64,000 nucleotides of DNA from Octopus sinensis (lineage: Eukaryota): positions 124,496,001-124,560,000 of the forward strand of contig NC_042998.1 in NCBI RefSeq assembly GCF_006345805.1. The letters are read 5' to 3'. The notes under the pieces were generated by a model. It worked only from the letters and a program-made list of their open reading frames with translations. It made no database searches and was not told where the DNA came from. Shown here in pieces: positions 25,106 to 40,122 of the stretch (positions are counted from its first letter, which is position 1; each line of letters opens with the position of its first letter). A program made the translations under genes and the position numbers.

Positions 25106-25506
25106 TCAAGTATATATCTATATTATGTATTTTATTTTGTTACTTTTCACTCTTAATAGTTTTCAAGTCAATATAATACGGTGATTTTATCGTCTTTTCC
25201 ATTCCTGGAATATTGGCAAAACCTAAATTTCTCAGTTTGGACCAGGTTAGTTGAATGTATAAAGTATGAACCTATTGGGGTTATTAGATCGTTTATTCTG
25301 TTTCGAATCTTATTCACAAAACTCGTGTTTCGTGTCAGATGAAGGGGTATACATCAGCGTCGAAAGTTAAACTATGTAATTTCTTCAAGTTCAATCAATC
25401 TAGTTGCATATTAGTGCCGTTGGTGGACAAAATTTGTTTCTGTAAAAATCTCTGAAGAAATAAAAAGCACTCACATAATACACAATAATATAGGCAAATC
25501 TTTAAA

Positions 25507-25690
25507 GCGGTGAGCTGGCAGAATCGTTAGCACGCCGGGCAAAATGTTTAACGGCATTTCGTCCGTTTTTATGTTCTGAGCTTAATTTTTGTTCAGGACG
25601 ACTTTGCCTTTCATCCATTCCGATTCGATAAAATGAGTACCAGTTGAACACTCGGGATGTCGATGTAATCACTTTACTCCCTCTCCGAAA
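25507..25690 (+). mobile_element. SINE family 1
   Basis: GGTGAGCTGGCAGAATCGTTAGCACGCCGGGCAAAATG head. Confidence 0.85.
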
Positions 25691-26022
25691 CTGGTACCAT
25701 AATTAAACATCAATATTATATTCAAATCCTTAAAGTGTTCTACTTTTACGAAATGCTACAAGTTATTTATTTCCAGTGTCAGTAGTGGCCTCCAATCCGA
25801 TGATTGGTAAGGAATAATCGAGTTAAGTCACACCTGTATATCATTGAAATTGAGTTGACAGGGTCAGACACAACGCCTTGCGGTATTTGTCCCAGTATTG
25901 CATGTCTTAAGTTCAAATCTCAGCTAGATCAACATCGTCGTTCATTCTAAGGAATAGATAAAACTAAGAACTGCCAGGCCAGTGATGAGAATTGCCGGCA
26001 TTGTCATCTTTAAAGAAAATAC

Positions 26023-26104
26023 CTTCTGCTATTCGTTGCAGCTCTTTAAGTCCCGCAGACTCCTGCCACGCAACTGCTGCCAAACCATATCGGATCTTGG
26101 TTTC
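26023..26104 (-). CDS. Candidate 82-nt exon (ETKIRYGLAAVAWQESAGLKELQRIAE)
   Basis: CT-rich tract plus AAAG acceptor, GAAG/GTATTT donor, open frame and locally raised GC. Family not recognised (only a weak vWA-like feel). Confidence 0.4.
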
Positions 26105-26244
26105 CTTTGATCAACAGAGTGAATGAGAGAGAGAGAAAACATATAGTAAAGTCGAATACTTGCCTCCCATAATAATCATTTACCCAGGTCTGCACTCTGA
26201 ATATAAACTTTTCAGACACAGATCAATGATCTCACGCAACATAC

Positions 26245-26283
26245 AAATGTTAGAAATTGACTTAAATTCCGAACGAAGCGAAT
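26245..26283 (-). CDS. Candidate 39-nt exon (IRFVRNLSQFLTF)
   Basis: ATATTCAG acceptor and GTATGT donor. Phase 0-0 and joins in frame to 26023-26104 across a 140-nt intron. Confidence 0.35.
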
Positions 26284-27316
26284 CTGAATATTTTAATACA
26301 ATAAGTTTGGTGTTCTATTGCTTCATACATTAGGTAACTTTTATAAATACATTATCAGATATATTAGGCTCTATGAGAATCTTAGTGTTTATATCGATGC
26401 ATTGAATTTCAATATAAAATATTATCTTCTTTTAGTGCAAGTCGTTTCTGTTTGAGAAAACTCTGTTATGTTTTATCAAGTAGAAACACAAAATGTACTT
26501 GATCTCCAAGCAACTGAATATGTGAATTTAAATAATGTAAAATATTATTTCCAATATTTCATGACTAATCTCTTTAAAGATGTGAAAAATATATTTAATA
26601 ATTGATCTTAAATAACTTTATATAAGTCTGGTTTTATAATGGATTGAGTAGCACCCATATTAACCGTGGAGGTCAGTAATAGTAGCTAAGTCTTCCCTAA
26701 GGCAGATCTTACCGACATAAAAAGAGAAAGAATACATTGAAAAGTATAGATAATGGATCCCTATATACACCATGCCTGAATAAATAACTGGATTCTTGCA
26801 AATACAATACTTTTGTTCATGGGTTTCCCCAAACAGTACTGATGTAAATCCAAATAACGGTAACCATTATTTTCTAAAATACCAAAAAAGGAAGTACACT
26901 TTAGACAATGCTGTCATATATGACTACATATCAAACTGGTTGGTCATGGATGGAAATCATCAGAGTAAGCCTAATGCAGAACATCAATAACATCAAAATA
27001 TCTAAAAATTGTTACAGAATATAGTACCATAGGTATTTTAAATGGATTTTATAGTGTCAGTGAAAGATTATTAAATTATTGCAAATACGTAGAAAGATAC
27101 TCGTGCAAGAGGGAAATGAAGGGAAAAATGTATTCATTTTTACCAGTACAAGATTCATTTGTAAAAAGAGAAAAACATACAGTTTAAACTGCCTTAGTAA
27201 TTATATTACATTTATGTGCATTTCAATAATTCAGACAATACATTCACACACACACATACACACACAAATATAGATGCTAATGTCCATCGAACCAAATGCA
27301 CACAGATTCATTGTAT

Positions 27317-27388
<72 letters not shown>

Positions 27389-28014
27389 GTGTGAACACAT
27401 GTACATGTATATACACACATATATACGTAGGCATACACACAAGTGCACGGACGAGGTTATGTGGTTCTACGTTGTGGATGATCTAAATCGCGATCAGTAC
27501 TAATGATTTGGGTGAGAGAAATGACGTATTTGAACTACTGCACCACCCTAACCCTGAATGAACTATATTTGTCTGCCAACATTTCCAATTCACTTATTTC
27601 ATTCTTGGAATTCAAACTGAATGTAATTACATTAGCTTCACTAAATCATACATCCATCATATTTCAAGAATTTGCGTAAGAGAATGTAATATCTCCGCAG
27701 TCACATGCACTTCTACAGTAAATATTGACTGGAGGAAACTTCCAAATACCTCGTATATTCAACTACATAAGGAAATAGTTATCTACCCCAGAGATAATTA
27801 TGATATTCATGCATTTCGTATGATCTCAAATAAGCGAAAACAAAGCAACAAGAGAAACTCATCATATTTTCTTTTCTGTTTTGCTACAAATAACAGCCAA
27901 ATCTCTTACCCATCAAACGTTATCAACTAAAGTATTTTCCTTTTTACTAATTTATATATGTATTATTCATATTCATTTGCAAATCGATTTCATCCTGCGC
28001 AAAGATAATATTGG

Positions 28015-28180
28015 TTTCAAATTTTGGCACAATGTCAGAAATTTCAGTACACGACTAATACTTAATTTATCGACCCCGCAAGGATGAAAGGCAGAATTCG
28101 ACGGAATTTGAACTCAGACCGTAGAAACGGACGAAATTCCGCTATGCATTGCCCGGCTTGCTAACGATTCTGCCAACTCA
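28015..28180 (-). mobile_element. SINE family 1
   Basis: TTTATCGACCCCGCAAGGATGAAAGGC...GCTAACGATTCTGCCAACTCAC. Confidence 0.8.
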
Positions 28181-29850
28181 CTGCCTTATAAACTATATAA
28201 TAATTGGCAATATAAATATTGGCTAGTCGGTTGATTGAGTCCCCAGTCACATTTTACATTGTATCGAGAGAGGACCCGAGAGGGAGAGGATAAAAGCGTG
28301 ATATACAAAGATTTAACATAAGACGTGTAGGATCAGTGTCTACTACTTTCGAACAAATACACACTTTGTAATGAAATTTTGCCGAGATGGGTTTTAATAG
28401 ATTAGATTACGATTGTACTGACAAAATTGAGAAATTAATAGCATATTTATTGCAAATTTGCAAATGAGAAAAAATATGTTCTATTTAATTTCAATTTGTT
28501 CTTTTTTTTTTTTGGTTGGAAAATTAATGTTCGTCATTTCATTTAAGCGCTAAGAAATTTGATGAAAGTTAAATTATAATTATCTTATGTATGCAACATT
28601 TAATGATATTACACCTGCTATCATAAAAAATACTACCAAAGTTAACGCCATTTGGCGAGTAACACAGTACATCTATATTTCATTCTATATATTTTAAGTA
28701 CGTTGTGCATAGGAGATATTGTTGCAGCATGGGTGAGAACCCTTATGTGGTTGTTCGATGCGCTAGTGACATTATAAAACATGCAAGATAATATTGAAAA
28801 TGGTGGCCTGATATACAAAGAACATAGATGTTCGTGGTTGTGATGAATAGCTTTTTAACTGTACTTCATCAGATGAAGCTTGTGTGTGTGTGTGTGTAGC
28901 TTATATGTTTGGCCACAGAGCTTTCCTTAACATTAGAAAAAATAAATGAAAAGCAAAAGAAATTTATAATATAACAGACCTTGCAGGCTTTCTAGCTAGA
29001 ACAGTCAATAATCGATTTTGATACGATAAACAATACAATGAATTACACACATACACCCAAGTTACAGTATATTGTTTGTTGTATAATTATAATGCACTGC
29101 TGTGTCTTGTTTATTACTTCAAATACCAAATCCCGCCTTCTCAATCCAAATTAGTTCGATCTACTTTCTGCCACAGGAAATGTAGACACATCGTCCACTT
29201 CATGATTTCTATTCATTTTCATAGATAATACTTTATTCATATTAACGTCTAGAAATGGCTTTCACATAACGTAGCGTTAGCATTTAAATATATGTTTTTT
29301 ATACTTCCTCTCTTATTTCCCCCGTAGGTCACAGAAAGGTGACTGTTAAAAGACAAATTTCTAAAGAAGACATAATATACTAATCACACAATATTCAATG
29401 ACCTCATCTTAAATCCCAGGGTGCCAACGAGTCAATACGTGTAACCATTGAAAGAGGAAACATCTGCATTTGAAGTATTATTGAGACGCTAAAGTTGAGA
29501 ACTTTGAATGCATAGATAAATGCAACAGCAACAGTAGCAGAAGTGTTTCTCGAGAGAGTAAATAGTTACACGTTGATAGGTATAAACGCTAGGATGTTGT
29601 TCGCTAATTTGAATTATTTGATGTCTGAACTTTATGGTTGTCGCCAGAGGTCAAAGAAATGAAATATTTTTCACGTAACCTGTCTGCTTTACTATTCACA
29701 GGAAATAATTATTTGTTGCAATCCATTTAAAATGTGACTTATTCCAGTATATATCTCAGACTTTACAAAGCTTCTGGTATATTTTCCACGAATTTTGCAA
29801 CAAAACGTCATGGCAATATGTGCATATGTTTATCGTTGTGCATAAATGTA

Positions 29851-31040
29851 TTGGATCATCCCATAAATAATGCACTTTTTTAATTGCATGAGCTAAGAGT
29901 CGGAGGGGTCGGGGTAAACTACCAGCATAAACTTACTATAAACGCAGGTAGTAATTTTACATTGCACTTATTCTTAGTGCAAGTTTTGAAGAGTGCAGGT
30001 CGACTTTAACAGTTATTTTTCCAAAGCTATAATGGAAGTAATACAGGAGCATTTTCGGCATATTTTGCTTTATGCGTTCAATAAAGGCAACAACGCAATG
30101 GAAAGTACGAGGAATATATGGGGATCGGACAATAAGCGTAAGCCAGTGTCAATGGTAGATCCAAAACTTCCGAGCCGCAAATTACAGCTTAGAAGACGAG
30201 TCTTGTCCTGGAAGATCTGAAGAGCTCGTCGAGGCCTTCCTGCAAACCCTGGTAGAATAAAATCCCATCCTAACTGTTGAGAAGCTTGGATTTAGTCATT
30301 CAACTATCCATAGATACCTGTGTGTCATTGGAAAAGGCATCAAATTGGCTTAATGGGTTCCTCACAAACTTTCAAAGTCTAATCGTGCGCAGAGAGTGAA
30401 TATATGCTCTTCTTTGCTGTCAAATCTCAAGAATGAACATTTTGTGGACCGAATAGTGACTGGTGACGAGAAATGGATTCTCTATAAATATGTCAAGCGC
30501 CGAAGGGAAAGTGGAAACACCAGCACCCCATGCTAAAGAAGATCTTCACTCACGTAAGGTGTTGTTATCTGTTTGGAGAGATATGAACAGTTCAGTCCAT
30601 TTTCAACTTTTAAACACAAGCCAAACGATAATAAAAATCTGCTGCGAGCAGCTTGAGTGGCTTAAGAAGAAAACCGTTTGGTTTTACGAATAAAGGCTTT
30701 CTTTCACCGGGATAATGCTCGGCCACATACAGCAAGGATGACAAACAAAGGCTGGAGTAGTTTGAATGGGAAACGATGCCCCGCCCAACATATTCGCTGG
30801 ACATCACCCCAGCTGATTATCATTTATTCTGCAGTCTTCAAAATCATTTGGACGGACAAAATAGGAAATCCCTAGACGAAGTCAGAACAGTACTGGAGGA
30901 GTATTTTTCGTCACGGACAACAGAGCATTGTAGAAAATGAAGGAGAGTATATTTTAGAAAATAAAAGAGAGTCTGTAGGTATCTTAATTTTGAAAAAATA
31001 AAAAAATTATAAAAAGCCGAATTATTTATAGGATGAGCAA

Positions 31041-31041
<1 letters not shown>
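29851..31041 (+). mobile_element. Mariner (DD34D) transposon, TIR-complete, transposase pseudogene
   Basis: TIRs TTGGATCATCCCATAAATAATGCAC / GAATTATTTATAGGATGAGCAAA with TA flanks. Motifs HFRHILLYAF, WVPH, TGDEKW, HRDNARPH and YSLDITPADYHLF; multiple frameshifts. Confidence 0.95.
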
Positions 31042-31126
<85 letters not shown>

Positions 31127-31236
31127 AAAATCATATATATTATTGCAATACAACAGTATTATTTTTCAACTAAATAAGGCACCCTAAAGGTACAATTATA
31201 GATTGGAAATAGTGGAACAAGACACCAGCGTTTGTT

Positions 31237-31550
31237 GAGGCACATGGCCTAGTGGTTAGAGAAGCGGACTCGCGGTCGAGGGATCTCGGGTTCGAATCTC
31301 AGACCGGGTGATGTGTGTGTTTATGAGCGAAACACCTAAGCTCCACGCGGCTCCGGCAGAGGGTAATGGCGAACTCCTGCTGACTCCTTCGCTACAACTT
31401 TCTCTCACTCTTTCCTCCTGCATCTTGCAGCTCACCTATGATGGACCGGCGTCCCGTCCAGGTGGGGAACTTATATGCCAAGGAAACCGGGAAACCGGCC
31501 CTTATGAGCCAGGCATGGTTCGAGAAGGAACAAACAGTGTTTGTTGGAAA
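31237..31550 (+). mobile_element. tRNA-derived SINE with Meta/V-like central domain
   Basis: A box TGGCCTAGTGG, B box GGTTCGAATC, then GATGGACCGGCGTCCCGTCCAGG...GGAAACCGG, resembling the MetaSINE/V-SINE core as recalled. Confidence 0.75.
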
Positions 31551-31793
31551 TAATAGTCGATAACCGTACAACGCTATGTAAAGCTTCACTGAATGTATAC
31601 AGGCAAAGATGTATGCGGGCGGCGAACATGGTAAATGTTCGTCTTACTTGTAGGAAGAACGCCGGATAAGTGGACAACTTATTACTTGAGTTTCGGGCTT
31701 TGCAGAATTTATTTGTCCAGTTCTATATTTCAGTGATGAAGAATTATTTACATTAACATTACTTACATTATTTACATTCGACGGATATTTGTC

Positions 31794-31883
<90 letters not shown>

Positions 31884-33003
31884 TGTATGCATGTATGTAT
31901 GTATGTATGTATGTATGTATGTGTGTGGGTGTGTGTATGCATATATATATATAGATATGCATATGTGTGTGTATATATGTATATGTATATATAACATCGT
32001 TAATAATTCTAGTCTAGTGCAAAGGTTGTTGCAGTTTCTTCTAGAAATCTATTTAACAATTAAATTAAGGAAAGAGCATGAAATTCAGCTCATCAGAATT
32101 TAAGCTGACATTTATGATCCTCAGCCTACTGATTTCGTTTAACAAAATGATCCTCAGCGTACATTTGTTTAACGTCGAACTTTTAACAAGTTGTATTTAG
32201 TATTATTTATACCAAACTTCTGTATTTGTATGCTAAAGTCGGTTACAGAGAAATTGCACATTAATTATGCATAGATACTCAAAGATAAATGAAAAAGTTC
32301 TTTCTATAGATTACGTTAACTTAAAGTGCATTTTGTATGGAGAAAATTGTTATTAATATTAATGTACCAATATTGGACTTGGTTTTACTGGCGCTAGATA
32401 CTTCAATGAAGATATTTGTCCCTCCTAGCATTATACCCACGTGTTTACTAAATATTTCTGCAGTGTGCACACAGTTAATCTAAGTGTGCATCTTATTTGC
32501 TTAGAACGTAAAATGAAAGAAAAAGAATACAATTATGATGTTATATTGTTTGATATTGCAATAGTTCTACATGCAAGCACTATATTAGGATGTAGCTTAC
32601 ATGTATTGAATAAATTACAGTACAGGTCAACCTCTTTTGAGTCAATCAAATATATATGCGAACTGAATATACTTAGACTTGTACTCAGACGTGGAAGAAT
32701 TTGAATTTGATTGTACGTTGCTTGCGAACGAGGAGTCCGGAACAAATCCTTTCAATATACTGTGTTGTAGCATCAACTTTTAATTTAATAACAAAAAAGT
32801 TCAATGCAATTAGTACAGAGGATGAGGTTGCGTAAGTGTTGTGTAACAAGGTATATGAAGTGAAATAAACTACATCGTAGAATAGAATTTGAACTACACA
32901 ATCAAGTTGAACAAAGTTTTCAGTATCCATAAAGTTCTTCAAAATGAAGTTCAGAGAATATAGATTTTTGACAGGAACTACTGTTTAACTCAGTTATATT
33001 CAA

Positions 33004-33790
33004 TACTAGCAGCATAGCCCGGCGTTGCCTGGCAATGACTAATCCCAATCTAGTCCTTTCCCTCTAGGGAACGAAGGCGCATGTGTAGGTTGCAATGTCT
33101 TCTCTTCACTCCCAAATCACTATCAAACAGCTATCGATAATTCAACCCAACCAATTCCTACCAGGAAGAAATTACATTCGAGACTTTACCCCCAACACCG
33201 CCACTTCTGCTAATAGCTGCTGCAGCCGCAAGTTATTCGAATACTTTTTTGTTTACACTTTCTTTATAACTACCACCCCAAACTTTTTACCTTAAATTTT
33301 TGACGTACCCTAAGGGTCCTCGGACGCTACTTGCAAACACTTGGTTTATTATAAACCGCTTTTGTCGTGTGCATCAAAAAACCTTTTCCATTCGTTTGTT
33401 CAGTTTGGTCACTTTTGACTTTTTCGTTGTTGTCACTCACATTGCTGCCCGCTTTTTGCCGTTTTTGTACATTTTTATACATTTTGGGATACTTATCCCA
33501 CGTGTTCGGAGAGTTAAAAAGGTCGAGTTGCGCCCCCTAGACAGTCTGTAGAAAATGTGTTGCATATAAAAAGCTTAGATTCTCGACCCATGTCGAATTT
33601 ATCGATTTTTTTTTCAGAACTGGGGGAACTTTTCAAAATTTTCGCTGCGTTAGTTTTGAATTATGACATTGGGCTATGTGTGTGTCAAGTTTCATCAGAA
33701 TCGGTTGAAAGCCGTGGTCAGGGTGAGGGTACAACCTGACAGACACACAGACACACAGACAGACAAACTGCCGTTTATATATAGAGAGAT
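33004..33790 (+). mobile_element. Non-autonomous Helitron-like (Lep1/HINE-type) element
   Basis: 5' TACTAGCAGCATAGCCCGGCGTTGCC subterminal hairpin; 3' GTCAAGTTTCATCAGAATCGG..(GACA)n..TTTATATATAGAGAGAT. Confidence 0.6.
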
Positions 33791-36480
33791 TTTCGAAAGA
33801 ACTCTAATGAATGAAGAGAAGTAAGTAAATAAAACTGATATCTTTATTAGTTCTATTTTAGTACTTTCTAGATAATAGCTCTATTTTAACAGATTAGAAA
33901 AATATTGTTTTATTATTTGTCATATGAAAATTATTTAAATATTTTCAGAGCATATACTGGAATAGATTCCAAAATTAATTTCTAAATATTTTGGTCAGTA
34001 ATTGTCGAAGTTATTGAAGAAATATGCAAATCATTTACTCCATAAAATTTCTACATCGTTTTCGTTATTGACATACAGTAAACCAGATCTCTTTTAGGAC
34101 ACTAATACTGAACTTTTATTTCTTAATTTATTAAAATATTAAACTTTTATATGTATGTTTGAACTCCATGATTTAAAGATCTAATTTGACGATTACATGC
34201 TTAGAAACCTAATGAAAGCAATTATTTAAAGTATTTGCTTTTAAGGAACAAACATGTTTTAAAAGAGAGCTAAAAGTTTTTTAATATTTAGCAGAACGTA
34301 ATACGAAGCGGTATAGCAGAATTCATGAATTCTTCGCGATAATTATTCAAATATAACTGTCATTTCCCGCACAACAAAATAATATATTCCTTCACAACAA
34401 TCATAATATCCTCAGATGTAGAAAGGAAGGGAAGCGAGATATAACCTGTTGTTTTCGGTGATAGACAGAAACTTGGAGAGCATTAAACGAAGTCAAGTTA
34501 ACACTTGCTCAACAAGTTATATAAAGACTAGATTTCAGTGGTGACCAATTAATAATTAAGAAATATCATTTAATTGTTACTCGTTCACACAGACCTAACA
34601 CAATGAAGAGAGGAAGAGCCTTAAAATACTGCAGGTACCATCAATATGGCACTAGGAATAATAATATCTTGAAGACAAAATATTCGTCATTCATGAATAC
34701 TATCTTGATTATTTCGGAACAAACGACACACAATTTCAAGTTTAATTCTAATGAAATTTTTTTCTGTAAGTCAAGCAAATAATTGAGTAAGTATACAATG
34801 AAAGGATGGAAAAATAGAATGTTTTTGCAGTAAATTACATAGGAAACAGTCAGTACAAAACATCATTTACATTAGCTTTAAGATATTCAATTCAGGAGTC
34901 AAAAAGCACCTTTGAAGGGGTATTTGGCCATATTCAGGAATGTAGAATGTTTTGCCAATCTGACAGTTTATGCGGCGTCATTTCCACATTCTTATAACCT
35001 GTTCCTAACGCAGCAAGCAAGCAGAATCATTATTGCATTGTTCAATGTGGTTAGAGACATTTCTTCTGGCTCTTCAAGTTTTGAGATAAAGTTCCACTGA
35101 GATTGATTTCATTCTTTTGCGACTGATGAAATAAGTACGAGTTTAGCACTAGGGACGACATAATCAATTAAATCCCTCCTCCAAAATGTCAGGCTTTGTG
35201 TCTTGAATAGAAAGGATTTTTAACTCTTCCTACAAAGATTTCGTGGTTCAAGTGATTTATCAGTATTGTCAAGTATGTTATCTCTTCTCCCTCACATTCT
35301 CTACTAACTTCAGTATACTACAACTACTCAACTCATTACATGCTCACAGTCGTTAACATTACATTCGTAATCTTCTAGATCGCCTCTCTCCCGTACTTTT
35401 TCCTTCGTATTGGTGCTCAGTATAGAAACATTTGAGCTCATTCTCATTTGTATCGACACGAATATTTCCGATGGCCTAAAAGAGTATATGCATTTGCTCC
35501 TTTTTTATAGACAAGATCGTTTTTTAAAAACATAGGAGGAAGGTGTAGATTATATCGACCTCGGTGCTCAACTGGTTCTTTATTTTATCAATCCGGGAAG
35601 TATGAAAACAAACTTGACTTCTGCCGTATTTGAACTCTGAACGTAAATAGTTAGGACAATGAGTGCTTAGCCTCTTCTTTGGTGTTCATTACGATTCTAC
35701 TCTCTCTAACTAATAACATTAAATGATTTCCATTTTTGAAACAGTGGTTTGTGTGATCTTTTAATTCACATCTGAACATATATTTGTATGCATTTTTCGC
35801 TAAAGTAAACTAAGCTTTTTGTAACGTTATAAAGTTAACCTCTCGCAAACTTCATTTATTTCTTATTTTTTTCCGACACCACCCAAATGAAACTTTCACG
35901 GAATTAACAAGTGTAAGCCCTGCAATCTTAAATGATATTTCATATCTACTACATATCAAAAACTTAGGCTCAGAGACTACTTTGTCTTTGCTGGGAGGGA
36001 ACAGTTTATACACACGTCGTTACTTAACTTTATTGAAGAATATTGCATTGCATACATGAAGCTATAAAATTTCACGAGAAACCTATATACAAATGTAAAG
36101 TTAATTTCTTGAAGTTACGTTAAACGGGTTTGAAACTGACAAAGTAATAATGCGGTTTTAAAGAAGTAATTTTTCCATGTAAATCACATATAATTGCACA
36201 TGCTAACTGTAATGGAAACAAACACTGTTGGAAATACGTTATTAACACGTGCCACGTGTAACAGTAATTAGCATCAATTATTTTTAGTTAATTACTTTAA
36301 ATCGGAAATAATAAGTGATGATATACATATGACACGGAATACAATCTCTACATTATATAGGTTTCATGTACGCCAACACAAAGAAAGATTTACGGTGCCT
36401 ATGCATATAATTATAAATAGTTGTGTATATACATATATATTTATATATACATATATACATGTGTGCATGCATATATATAT

Positions 36481-36575
<95 letters not shown>

Positions 36576-36769
36576 GAAACTAACGAATGAGATATCATAT
36601 GTACAGTTATAATTGTCCCATTTCGTTACAAGTCTTTATTGTGATGTAAACATGATTCAAACAGGTATTCAGTATACCCATCATCAACAAGTGAAATTTC
36701 TAATGAGAATTACCAACAATATAAGAAATGAAAAGTGGGTCTGTCAATTACGATGATAGGTAGCTTGCT

Positions 36770-37610
36770 GGGGACAAATGTACCACCATGCATTTTGGGA
36801 GGAAAACCCAGAGTCTATTTACTTCCTTCACAACACTAATCTCAAAAAGTCTTCTTGTGAACGTGACCTGGGCATTATTGTCGACAGTGAATTGCATTGC
36901 ACAAAACGCATTGCTTAAATTGCCAAGAAGGCTGAGGATGCCTTGGCATCAGTTACCAAGTCCTTTGTGAGCTACTCTCCGGCTATCTATCTGAAGCTTT
37001 ATATAGCTATGGTGCGGCCTCACCTGGAATTTGCATCACCGATCTGGAAACCCTATCTTGCACAGGATATTTATCGTCTGGAAACCGTTCAGCGACGTGC
37101 AACCAAGAGAATACCCTCCATCAGGCATTTGCCATATTCTGAACGCCTTACTTCTCTGGGCATGGATACATTGAAACTCCGATGTCTGACACCCACAAAA
37201 TTATTAACCACCTTACTAGAAATAACCCTGAGCACCTTTTCAAACTCCACCTGTCTAACACCCGTAGACATGTTTACAAAGTCAGAAAACAGGACCGCTC
37301 CCATGACTTTCGGAAACATTTTTTCACGCTAAGAATTGCTGAAGTATGGAACAAACTGCCGGCATCAGCTGTTAGTTGTCGGAGCACTGCATCCTTCAAA
37401 ACTTCCATGCTTCCTGAGATTCGCCAACACTACACCTGTTTTCCTCCCTCCATACACACACAAGCATGTATCTGACTCTGGAAAGTAAACATACACTGTT
37501 CACTTTCCAGACATTTGTACATTACTGCATATGCTTTATACGCACTTTTGACAAGTTGCAGTGCACCTGGGCACTATATACAATAATTTCCTTGTTATTA
37601 CTATTATCAT
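36770..37610 (+). mobile_element. CR1 LINE, 5'-truncated 3' portion
   Basis: KCTTMHFG, ERDLGIIVD, MVRPHLEFASPIWKP, LETVQRRATK and FFTLRIAEVWNKLP, followed by a (TTA)-like tail. Confidence 0.92.
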
Positions 37611-37943
37611 TATAGCAAACTGATGTAGAAAATTTAAGATGGGGATTTCTAACCTAGCCCACTAACATCCTCACCTCATTTTACATATCCCTGTAAATTT
37701 TGGAGTCAATCCGACGAGATCTAGTGGCCTTTAACCCGTTCTCAATGCCAAAACCAGACAAACAAACAAACAAACTTCTCGCATTTCAGATTTATAATAT
37801 AGAGATATATAGGGAGAGTTTACGAAAGAAACAAAAGACGAAGACAGGTGATGTACAAAACAAACAGATGTATTAGTATAACGCTCAGGAATAGAAAAAG
37901 TCTTTTACGTTTCGAGCCTACGCTCTTCTACAGAAAGGGACAC

Positions 37944-37994
<51 letters not shown>

Positions 37995-39137
37995 CATACA
38001 TACATACATACATACATACATACATACATACATACATACATACGTACATACACACAGACATACATACATATATACATATACACATACATACATACACATA
38101 TACATACATATATATATATACATACATGCATACATACATACATACATATATATATATATCCTCATATTTATTTGTATATTTTATATATGAATAACGTAAC
38201 CTGATACTGAGTAAGACATGAATACATATACATATATTTAAGCAGCTACGTAGTTAGCTTCGACATCCTCGGACTACCAAGCTCTGTTTCGCCGTTGTTA
38301 TGCCTTTCAAAGGTAGATATTGCATTGCTTTTCGTTGCATGTCATGAACTGACTTTCAGTATATATATAAAACAAGCACACAATGTAATTGTAAGTCTGT
38401 ATTACGGTTTTGCCTAACTGATATTCGTTCAGTGCAATGTCATGAAACAGTGAAGTTCAAGGTTCGATGTTGTCTACTTTATACACGTAATCTAAGAAAA
38501 AAAATTTTTTCCGACTCAAATCTGTAGTGAATGCCATTCACGTTCAAGTACGTAAGAAAGCGTTAAAAATATATGTCTACTTCGTTATTTGGATATTTGC
38601 ATCTATTTGTGTTTATACTGAGTATATCTAGGTTGGTAAGTACATATACACATACATATACACGCATTCGCATGCACACAGTTGCACACACTTATATATG
38701 TAGTCCTATATGTGTATAAACATGTAAAGGTTTATTTGTATCCGTACGTACTAGTCTGTGTATGTGTGTATGTGCGTGAGTATTGCACAACTGTGTTGTT
38801 GCTATTGTAGTAATTGCATCTGTCACTCAAAAATTCACTGTAATCTGTTCACATATTTTTCGAAATTTCCTAGTTACATGCCAAGAATATTTGGCCCTGT
38901 TGTACAGTTTTATTGAATGAAGCAGATTAATTCACTCGGTGAAAATACTAAAATATCTTTTTCCACAATCTATTATGTAACTTGTGCAATATTGCAGAAC
39001 GCTTAAAATACTTACATATCTCTGCCAATGTTTTGAATATTTTGCATATATTCTAAGATTCTGAAACTACACAGACACACACACACACATACACACACAC
39101 AAACATACTCATACACACACACAAACACAGATAGATT

Positions 39138-39190
<53 letters not shown>

Positions 39191-39212
39191 AAGTAGATAG
39201 GTAGGTAGGTAA

Positions 39213-39261
<49 letters not shown>

Positions 39262-39341
39262 AACTGAGATTTTGTACTAGTCAAGTTTTACATCACTCCA
39301 AAATTCAATCGAAAGCTGTTACAACACCCTATTGTTGAGTG

Positions 39342-39372
<31 letters not shown>

Positions 39373-39829
39373 GTGTGTGTTTGTTCATTGCTCGGCTTCG
39401 CGTGTTTATTGATGCAATGGTTTCTGTTTAGAACTTGTTGATGCGTTAGCGTTTAGGTATTTTTGTGTCTGTGGGTTTGTCAATATGTGTATGTTCACGT
39501 GTGTGTGTAAGTTTTGAAAAACCTGACACTTTTGAGAAAGGTTGCACGAGCACACACCATATACATAATAGACCTTAAACCCGTGCATAGTATACAAGAC
39601 ATACGCCCACTACTGTAGCAGCACTTCCAGAAAACTTTATACATATAATGTGCCTACGCATTTGTATGCATATGCCGACATTTAATCAAACTCTAAGGAT
39701 TTCCAAAGAACAATAAAGTCACTACAGTTTTTCACAAAAACATATTGTTTCAAAGTAAGAAAAGAATATTTCATCCGACGTAGATACAAAATCAAACAAC
39801 AACTACACCAAACACACAATCGGGTGAAT

Positions 39830-40122
39830 AGACTGGTACGTATTCTATAGGTCTTGTTTGCTGGAACGTTAAGTTACGGAGACGTAAACAAGCCGATACC
39901 GGTTCTAAAGCGACGGTGGTGAACAGGGACAAAGATACACACACACATAAATATATGTGTGTGTATACATATATCAGTTTCCATCTACCAAGTCCACTCG
40001 CAAGTCTTTGACCGGCCCGATGATATGGTAGAAAATACTTGCCCAAGGTGCCATGCAGTGGGATTGAACCGGGAAACTTCAGGCTGGAAAAGCAAACTTC
40101 TTACCAAAGTCACGCCTACGCA
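39830..40122 (-). mobile_element. SINE family 2, diverged
   Basis: CTTGCCCAAGGTGCCATGCAGTGGGATTGAACC (reverse head). Confidence 0.75.

Noticed and set aside
26905-26964. Plus-strand exon-like signals (also the acceptors at ~16480 and ~29336, and 51748-51778)
   Set aside because: They cannot be joined into a coherent open chain. They show the background rate of splice-like signals in this AT-rich DNA.
31237-31300. tRNA-like A and B boxes
   Set aside because: No complete cloverleaf or acceptor stem; it continues into a SINE body, so it is not a tRNA gene.
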